DNA of 31,714 bases, taken from the IMG/VR virus record IMGVR_UViG_3300017766_001474, positions 1 through 31,714 of that record. The stretch is one strand, 5' to 3'. The stretch's first letter is position 1. Each line of letters starts with the position of its first letter. The stretch is from a virus. Taxonomy: Duplodnaviria > Caudoviricetes. The translations under genes and the position numbers were made by a program. Below are positions 25,997 through 31,714 of the stretch, piece after piece. Below the pieces are notes generated by a model. It was given only the letters and a program-made list of their open reading frames with translations, was not told the origin of the DNA and made no database searches.

Positions 25997-27022
25997 TTAC
26001 GACGGGTTGACCGCGATGCCGGTAGTGGCGGCATCAGGCGCGGCGCCATCAACATAGATCTGACCAAGGCTGTTGGCATCGGTACCGAACTCGGTAATGC
26101 CAACCATGGTCGGATCCTTCATCAGCAACATGCCGCCGGTGGACGCGGCGAGCGTCGCGAGGGCGCTCATCGTCGTCGAAGTCGACTTGACGTTGTTGAT
26201 GAACACGCAACCATCAAACAACTGGTACCGATCCATGCCAGCGGCAGCGGCCGTGACGCCGAGGGCGCCAGCAGCACTGGTCTGGAACGGGAAGGTGCAG
26301 TTGTAGAAGCGGTTGCGCGCGGTGCCGCTCGTGAAGTCAAGCGAAGCGTTCGCCGCCGTACGCGCCGTGGTGTCGCCACCAATGACGCAGTCGATGAACG
26401 TGTTTTCGCCGCTTCCACGGACACTGAGCGAGCGGCTGGTCGTGCTGTTCGCCGACGCAGTGTCGTTCATGCCGAGGAAGCTGACTCCAACGTACGTGTT
26501 ACGGCCACCAGCTTCGATCCACGCGACCTGACCGGTAGCACCAGTCGAGAAGCCGTTGTAGACCGAGAAGTTGGCGAAGTAGCAGCCCTGGCCGGTGACA
26601 TTGAACATGTTGCCGGAGTTGCCGAACGTCGCCGCCGTATACGTACCCGTCGGCGGAGCAAAACGAGCACGAGCGTTGAGCGTCGGAGCCGTCTGCCCAA
26701 TAAGATGGGTAGCGTTCTTTGCCCAAGTAATCGTGCCAGTCGTGGCAGCCGAGTTGATGGTCTGCGCGAGTGCGGTGGACATACGAGCAGTGCCCGTCGT
26801 CGCGCCGTCACCAACAATCACGACCACGTCATTGTTGCCGCTCGTGCAAGCATTGTAGCCCGCATAAACGGTCTGGAACGGATCGTTAGCCGCACCGGTA
26901 CCGCCGTCAGAACCGTTGACCGGATCGACGAAATACCAGCTGCCCGTGTACATCGGCGCACCGCCGATGCCCATAGTCGGGACGCCTGCGACCTCCAACC
27001 CGCTAAGATGAGTGATACCCAT
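25997..27022 (-). CDS. Head-associated protein with probable right-handed beta-helix (head fibre/spike)
   Basis: Directly after the capsid gene; YFVDPVNGSDG..G....PFQTV..G......NDVVVI beta-helix cap, then NTFIDC/NRFYNC/LFDGC repeats. Confidence 0.7.
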   Translation of the reverse strand: MGITHLSGLEVAGVPTMGIGGAPMYTGSWYFVDPVNGSDGGTGAANDPFQTVYAGYNACTSGNNDVVVIVGDGATTGTARMSTALAQTINSAATTGTITWAKNATHLIGQTAPTLNARARFAPPTGTYTAATFGNSGNMFNVTGQGCYFANFSVYNGFSTGATGQVAWIEAGGRNTYVGVSFLGMNDTASANSTTSRSLSVRGSGENTFIDCVIGGDTTARTAANASLDFTSGTARNRFYNCTFPFQTSAAGALGVTAAAAGMDRYQLFDGCVFINNVKSTSTTMSALATLAASTGGMLLMKDPTMVGITEFGTDANSLGQIYVDGAAPDAATTGIAVNPS

Positions 27023-27033
27023 GGGTCAGCTCC

Positions 27034-27948
27034 TTAGTGGGTGGGGAACGAACCGTAGATGGAGCGCCAGTTGTAATAGCCGAAGCTATAACGCTCGTAG
27101 CCCTTCACCAACAGGTTGTCCGTGACGAAGTCGACTTGCATGTCCGTCTCAAACTTGACGCGTTCCATGTAGGACAGACCGTCAATGTTCGTGAGCAGGA
27201 ACCAGAAGTAGGCGCTGGTCAAGAAGTCGTTGACCATGTAGCCCTCCGGCAGGCCGCCCGCAGTCGACATGATTGCGTTGACATCGTTGTCGGCAGTGCC
27301 CACACGCAGTTCCGTCTTCGTCAGACGGATAGCAACCGGCTCAAGCTGCGCAGGAACAACGAGCTTACGCGCACGAGCGAAGACCTTCAGGCCAGCCTGA
27401 TCCTTAAAGTTCGTACGAACTGCGATCATGCTGTTCAGAAGGCTCGACTCGTTCAGATCGACCTGAACGGACGGCTTGTTGGCGACCGTGCCACCATCAA
27501 TCGGGTGGTCGGTGGCGCAGAGCGCCTTGCCGTCACCGCCGATGTTGGCGTTGTAGGTCGTCGCCGTGTTGAGCACGTTCGCGCCGTAGATTTCCTTGGT
27601 CTGCTGGAAAGACTCGATCAGACCGAGGTTCGACGGGTGGAACTGCGTCTTGTACAGGTTGTCGTCAATGGCCTTGCGGGTGATCGCGTAGCCAAGAGCA
27701 ATTTCAGTGTGCTCCTGGTTGTACACATAACGCTCGCCAGCGCCGTTATCGAATGCAGTCTGACCGCCTTCAGTCTTCAACTGAGCGAGGCCGAGGTACC
27801 GCATTTCGGCGGTGCGCTCGAGCGCCATCTTCGAGTCGTGCTTCGTGAAGATCTTGTCATACTGCGACGGGATCATCTCGTACTTGCCTTCGACGCCGCG
27901 AAGGCCGGGCAGGAGAAGATCCTTAATGGCTGAAAGATTGACTGCCAT
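27034..27948 (-). CDS. Major capsid protein (HK97 fold)
   Basis: 304 aa; LLPGL, K.EG...FD, ALGYAIT, GDGKALCATDHP, KLVVP, ERYSFG...WR.IYGS; AGGAG RBS. Confidence 0.92.
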   Translation of the reverse strand: MAVNLSAIKDLLLPGLRGVEGKYEMIPSQYDKIFTKHDSKMALERTAEMRYLGLAQLKTEGGQTAFDNGAGERYVYNQEHTEIALGYAITRKAIDDNLYKTQFHPSNLGLIESFQQTKEIYGANVLNTATTYNANIGGDGKALCATDHPIDGGTVANKPSVQVDLNESSLLNSMIAVRTNFKDQAGLKVFARARKLVVPAQLEPVAIRLTKTELRVGTADNDVNAIMSTAGGLPEGYMVNDFLTSAYFWFLLTNIDGLSYMERVKFETDMQVDFVTDNLLVKGYERYSFGYYNWRSIYGSFPTH

Positions 27949-27961
27949 GGTTCTTTACTCC

Positions 27962-28591
27962 TTAGGAGATGCCAGTCGGGCCAGCACCGTTGGTGCGGGC
28001 GATCTGGTTGTTGAACCCAACCACAACCCAGTTGTACGCCGTGGTCGGATCAGCACCGTTAGAGCCCGGAGGCGAGGTGATGAGATCGACGACGATGAAC
28101 GGATAGGTCACCGTGGTGCCCAGCGTGTTCAGGTACGCGCCGCTCTGGCCGCTGGCAGTGTTGCCAGTGCCGATAGCGAACTGCGCATACTGACCAACCG
28201 GGGACGACGTGTAGGTCGACAGCGTGCCGGTGATGTTGAACGTCGTGCTGTTGCCCATGACGACAAAGCGCGCATTCGGATCATCGATCACGTAAGCCTC
28301 AACGTCGCCCGTGGCATCCGAACCCGGCCAGTAGCGCGACCAGACAGTGCGCTTCTGCGACGTGGACAGATACTTACAACCGACGAAGATGCCGGCCACA
28401 ACCGTGGTGCCCGGCGAAGCCTGCGTGATGTAACCGTTAGCAGTGGAAACGACCGGCATAACCGGATCGCCGAAGAAGATAGCGGTAGAGTCCGTGGACG
28501 CTACGCGCCGGGTCGACTGGGCAAAGGTCGGCGCACCGCCAGCCCCGCCGTAGTATTCCTGGAACCCGAAAGGCGCGTTCGTGTTCGCCAT
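27962..28591 (-). CDS. Probable capsid decoration / minor capsid protein
   Basis: Start moved to ATG 28591 (MANTNAPFGF) after AGGAG; IFFGDPV, GIFVGCKY, YWP, AYVIDDPN; directly upstream of the capsid gene. Confidence 0.78.
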   Translation of the reverse strand: MANTNAPFGFQEYYGGAGGAPTFAQSTRRVASTDSTAIFFGDPVMPVVSTANGYITQASPGTTVVAGIFVGCKYLSTSQKRTVWSRYWPGSDATGDVEAYVIDDPNARFVVMGNSTTFNITGTLSTYTSSPVGQYAQFAIGTGNTASGQSGAYLNTLGTTVTYPFIVVDLITSPPGSNGADPTTAYNWVVVGFNNQIARTNGAGPTGIS

Positions 28592-28611
28592 TGCGGTTCT
28601 CCTGTACGGGA

Positions 28612-28678
28612 GGCTCGTCGTCGCACACCGGGGCAACTAAGAGCCAGATTAAAAAAAAGCTCCCACACCGGGGGGAGC
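28612..28678 (-). promoter_or_regulatory. Structured 5' leader: two hairpins with identical CCCGGTGT loop, the first followed by T8
   Basis: GCTCCC-CCCGGTGT-GGGAGC-TTTTTTTT (28678-28651) and GGCTC-TTA-GTTGC-CCCGGTGT-GCGAC-GAC-GAGCC (28645-28612). Confidence 0.72.
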
Positions 28679-28688
28679 GGACTACTTA

Positions 28689-28717
28689 ATACTACGGTGA
28701 CAATTTGATGTTTGCAA
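28689..28717 (-). promoter_or_regulatory. Putative sigma70-type promoter for the capsid operon
   Basis: TTGCAA (28717-28712), 17-nt spacer, TAGTAT (28694-28689) in AT-rich intergenic DNA. Confidence 0.62.
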
Positions 28718-28726
28718 ATAGGCCAC

Positions 28727-28759
28727 AAAAAAAGGACCGGGTTTTTTGCCCGGTCCTTT
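28727..28759 (-). terminator. Intrinsic terminator after the scaffold gene cluster
   Basis: AAAGGACCGGG-CAAAAAA-CCCGGTCCTTT followed by TTTT on the minus strand. Confidence 0.85.
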
Positions 28760-28784
28760 CATACTCATCCCAAAAGAAGGGTGG

Positions 28785-29426
28785 CTACTCCTTCGGGATG
28801 GGCATCGCCTCATAGCTCTTCTTGATCTTCGGCTGCGCCTGGGCGTGGTCGCGAGTAAACTGGCCATCCGGGGCGTGGGTGAGCTGCTGCTCCTTAAACC
28901 GGATTTGCTCGCGAGCCCGATCCTTGTCCGTCAATTCAACCCGCCGGGTGATCGACTGCGGTCGCTCCATCAGGACTAGGCCCTTACGCTCAATAACGGC
29001 CGACTTAAAATTGGCCGGCATCATTTCAGGGTGCCGGGAAGCCGGAACCTCAGTCCAGCCGGTACGCTTCAGGGATACTGCGTAGGACGGATCCTCAGAG
29101 CCATAGACCGTCTTGCGCTTCCACTCGTAGGTCCAGCCGTCGGGGATGGCGTGAGGATCGATGTAGAACTCATCGGTCCCCTCGTCCATGGTGCCACCAA
29201 GGTGGGCCATAATCTCGGCCGCACGCCGTTCTGCGGCCTCGCGGGGGTCTTCGTCCCGCATCGGGCGCCGGATATCCAGCCGGTCGGTTGCCTGCGCTGC
29301 CTGGGGCTGCGGAGCCGCCTGTGCGGGCTCTACAGACGACACCAGGGTGCCATCTGGGTTGCGGGGCTTCCGGGGCCGACCCGGCCGGACTACCGGCGGT
29401 GCCGGAGGATTGCTGTTGTCTTCCAT
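28785..29426 (-). CDS. Conserved head-module protein following the scaffold
   Basis: IPDGWTYEWKR...GWTEVPASRHPE...GLVLMERP; TAGGAG RBS. Confidence 0.75.
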   Translation of the reverse strand: MEDNSNPPAPPVVRPGRPRKPRNPDGTLVSSVEPAQAAPQPQAAQATDRLDIRRPMRDEDPREAAERRAAEIMAHLGGTMDEGTDEFYIDPHAIPDGWTYEWKRKTVYGSEDPSYAVSLKRTGWTEVPASRHPEMMPANFKSAVIERKGLVLMERPQSITRRVELTDKDRAREQIRFKEQQLTHAPDGQFTRDHAQAQPKIKKSYEAMPIPKE

Positions 29427-29436
29427 CGATTAACTC

Positions 29437-30348
29437 CTAATGAGAGGTAATCTTGCCCTCTTTCTTCAGGGCAAGATAGTTCTTGGCGTATTCCTCGTCG
29501 GTCATCTTCATGGCCTTGGCCAATTCACGCATCTCGGGCGTCATCGTGAACTTGTTGGCCCGATTGCCAGTGGCGTTGTTGCCGCTCCGGCTGACCGGTG
29601 CCGCTGGCGGACCAGTGCGACGCTGTACGGGTGCCGCGGCGACCGACAAAGCCTCTTCCTGCTGCTCCGGCACGTCGTTTGTCGGCTTGCGGATCCTCAG
29701 AGTGTCTTCAATGGCGGCGAAGTAGTCGTCGGTATCCGCCCGGATGCCGTCTGCCAGCGCCAGATTGTGCGCTGCGACCATCTTCTGCTGTAGCCTCTGG
29801 TCCGTAACGAACTGCGGATGCGCCCTAATCCACTCCGCAGAGCGCGGAGACAGGCGGGAAGCAAACGCTTCCACCGGATCGGTGGGCGGAGCAGGGGCTT
29901 TCGCCTCCTCCTCCATTGCCGCCTTGCCGGTTTCGAGCTGTTGGAGCTGTGCGGCGCGCTGCGACATCGCCAACTGGATCTCAGCGGCGCGGTCGTAGTC
30001 GTTTGCCGACATCGCATCGCGATATGCGGCCTTCAACTGCTCGTTTTCGTTCTTAAACCGCTCAATTACGTTGTTGACCAACGCAAGATTGGCGTTCTGC
30101 GTAGCACTATTGGCGCGGTTGACGTTCTCAGATGCTTCACGAGCGCGCTTTTCAGCATCCAGTCGCGCCTTTTTCTCTTCTTCAAGGCGCGCTTTCAGCG
30201 CTTCCAGCGCATTTTCTTCGCTGGGCGGGCCGCTTTCCGGCGTTCCCGACGACTTCCCGCCCTCTTCCGAGGCTGAAATCTCTAGTTCAAGCTGTTCTTC
30301 CGGCTTTTCCTGAACAGACTCTGCCTTTTCATCATCTTTTTCGGCCAT
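29437..30348 (-). CDS. Capsid scaffolding protein
   Basis: Acidic N-terminus, long coiled coil, C-terminal TPEMRELAKAMKMTDEEYAK; AGGAGG RBS; upstream of capsid genes. Confidence 0.78.
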   Translation of the reverse strand: MAEKDDEKAESVQEKPEEQLELEISASEEGGKSSGTPESGPPSEENALEALKARLEEEKKARLDAEKRAREASENVNRANSATQNANLALVNNVIERFKNENEQLKAAYRDAMSANDYDRAAEIQLAMSQRAAQLQQLETGKAAMEEEAKAPAPPTDPVEAFASRLSPRSAEWIRAHPQFVTDQRLQQKMVAAHNLALADGIRADTDDYFAAIEDTLRIRKPTNDVPEQQEEALSVAAAPVQRRTGPPAAPVSRSGNNATGNRANKFTMTPEMRELAKAMKMTDEEYAKNYLALKKEGKITSH

Positions 30349-30357
30349 TTTGCCTCC

Positions 30358-30759
30358 TTACCAGACCTGATCGGGCCCGGAAACCTTCGCGCGCACGCTC
30401 GTATCTTCCAACATCCGGCACAGGACGCCGTTGATCGTGATGTTCCAGCCGTCAGACGGGCGGAAAACAACCCAGTCACCAACCTGAATGTTGCAATCCT
30501 GAAACCACCGGCCGGTTTCGTCGATGAAAGCAATCGGGCCAGCCTTGATAATCAAACCAACCTTCGACTGGAAGCGATCCTCATCGCGCGCCTGACCCGG
30601 CAGGATGACGCCGCCCTTTGTCTTTTCGGGCCGGATGTAAACCGCGGCCAGAACCTGATTGTTCAGGATTTCGATATTGCTAATGTCCCCCAGCTCCTTG
30701 AGAAGGCGCCCCTTGGGATCTTCGTCATGAGCCATAGCAATCACATTGCCCATATTCAT
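30358..30759 (-). CDS. groES: GroES-like co-chaperonin
   Basis: Mobile loop EKTKGGVILP, VG.IIKAGP.AF, QVGDWVVF, ITING...RML.D. Confidence 0.88.
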   Translation of the reverse strand: MNMGNVIAMAHDEDPKGRLLKELGDISNIEILNNQVLAAVYIRPEKTKGGVILPGQARDEDRFQSKVGLIIKAGPIAFIDETGRWFQDCNIQVGDWVVFRPSDGWNITINGVLCRMLEDTSVRAKVSGPDQVW

Positions 30760-30769
30760 TCCTTGTCTG

Positions 30770-30964
30770 TTAGGAAGAGATTTTCTTCATTGCCTCATCC
30801 AATAGATCGCTGAGATCACGGAGAGCGGCAATGCGCCCCATCAAGTAACGGAACTGCCCAACGTCCTGAAAGGCGTTGACCGACAGTTGGTCCTTGAGAG
30901 TTTCGATTTGTTCTTCAACGAGCTTCTCAAGCTCGTTTCTGAACCGCATTTCGAAGGTGAGCAT
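30770..30964 (-). CDS. Small helical hypothetical protein
   Basis: 64 aa, QFRYLMGRIAAL; AGGA RBS; fills the gap upstream of GroES. Confidence 0.7.
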   Translation of the reverse strand: MLTFEMRFRNELEKLVEEQIETLKDQLSVNAFQDVGQFRYLMGRIAALRDLSDLLDEAMKKISS

Positions 30965-30985
30965 CTGATCCTAATTGAGAACTAA

Positions 30986-31012
30986 GGGGCGCTGGCACAA
31001 GACCAGCGCCCC
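30986..31012 (-). terminator. GC-rich hairpin (weak terminator or mRNA-stabilising stem)
   Basis: GGGGCGCTGG-7 nt-CCAGCGCCCC just after the stop at 31019; poor U-tract (TTAGTT). Confidence 0.5.
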
Positions 31013-31018
31013 CTCTGT

Positions 31019-31714
31019 TTAGCCCTTACGCTTGTTTTTCTCAATCTCCGTCTTCTCAAGGCGACCCATGCCGCCCCCAGAGCCCGCATCCATGTCCTTG
31101 TACGAACGATAGGTGCGGTGACCAACGCGGCCGCCGGTCTTGCGACCCATCAGGCCGGGCAGCGGGCCCGGAGCCGGACCACCAGCCGGGGGCATACCCA
31201 TCGGCATCGGAGGAACGCCGCCAGCGGGCGGCGGGGCAACGACAGGAGCCGCTGGCGGGCGAACAGGGCCGCCCATCATCGGCATGTTCTCAAGAGGATG
31301 ACGGCCGCCACCGGCAGCAATCACAATCTTGATGTCCGTCTTGCCCTTCTTCGTGCGACCGCCAGACTTGCGAGCCATACGGCCGCCGGTCGGGCGCGTG
31401 CCACCCTCATAGTTGCCGACCTTGCCGCCCTTCTTGCGACCCGGCATGCCCATGAAGCCAGCACCGCGACCAGCGCCGGTGGCAACGACCTCCGGCTCTT
31501 CCTGCACGATGCGCGGCGATGCCTTCGCCTCATCACGCATCTGCTGCATGATGTCGCCGCGGTACTTGTCGAAATACTCCTGCTCGTCCGGAGAGAGATC
31601 GACCGGGATGCGACGCTTCGCGGACTTTGCACCAGCGGCGCGAGCGCGCAGCTTCGTCTTGATTCCTTCGAAGATCTCATCGAGCGTCTTATCGCGCACG
31701 TCGCCGCCGTCGGC
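31019..31714 (-). CDS. Basic, Pro/Gly-rich protein with repeated xxxGG motifs (5' truncated)
   Basis: Frame stays open to the window edge (ADGGDVRDKTL...); contains RKKGGKV, RKSGGRT, RKTGGRV. Confidence 0.78.
   Translation of the reverse strand, partial: ADGGDVRDKTLDEIFEGIKTKLRARAAGAKSAKRRIPVDLSPDEQEYFDKYRGDIMQQMRDEAKASPRIVQEEPEVVATGAGRGAGFMGMPGRKKGGKVGNYEGGTRPTGGRMARKSGGRTKKGKTDIKIVIAAGGGRHPLENMPMMGGPVRPPAAPVVAPPPAGGVPPMPMGMPPAGGPAPGPLPGLMGRKTGGRVGHRTYRSYKDMDAGSGGGMGRLEKTEIEKNKRKG

Noticed and set aside
30600-30630. KTKGG in GroES as a GG-motif copy
   Set aside because: It is the canonical GroES mobile loop.

Overview
Segment of a GC-rich tailed-phage genome with podovirus-like organisation; the replication genes resemble those of alphaproteobacterial phages (host is an inference). 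All credible genes but one lie on the minus strand. From the right-hand end: a 5'-truncated basic protein, GroES, scaffold, a probable decoration protein, major capsid protein, a beta-helix head protein, two adaptor-like proteins, long and distal tail fibres, nozzle, a GNAT protein, two large internal/ejection proteins (one with a peptidase-S74 domain, one with a lytic transglycosylase) and a short fibre. One plus-strand gene follows, then a replication module (Sak4-like ATPase, DUF669 SSB, Cas4-like nuclease, RadD-like helicase, AEP-type primase running off the left end). Terminase, portal, integrase, endolysin and a recognisable prohead protease are not seen. Most notable observations: (1) an aromatic/basic-A/K/S-x-G-G peptide repeated about 17 times in five late proteins, often at domain boundaries, with a candidate reader protein; (2) a capsid-operon leader with a promoter, an immediate terminator and two hairpins sharing one 8-nt loop; (3) a GNAT gene overlapping an ejection protein that starts MGGKSS; (4) an orphan S74-chaperone tail marking a tail-fibre tip swap; (5) two fibres ending in the same 95-aa module. 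All family assignments come from motif recognition by eye; no searches were run.
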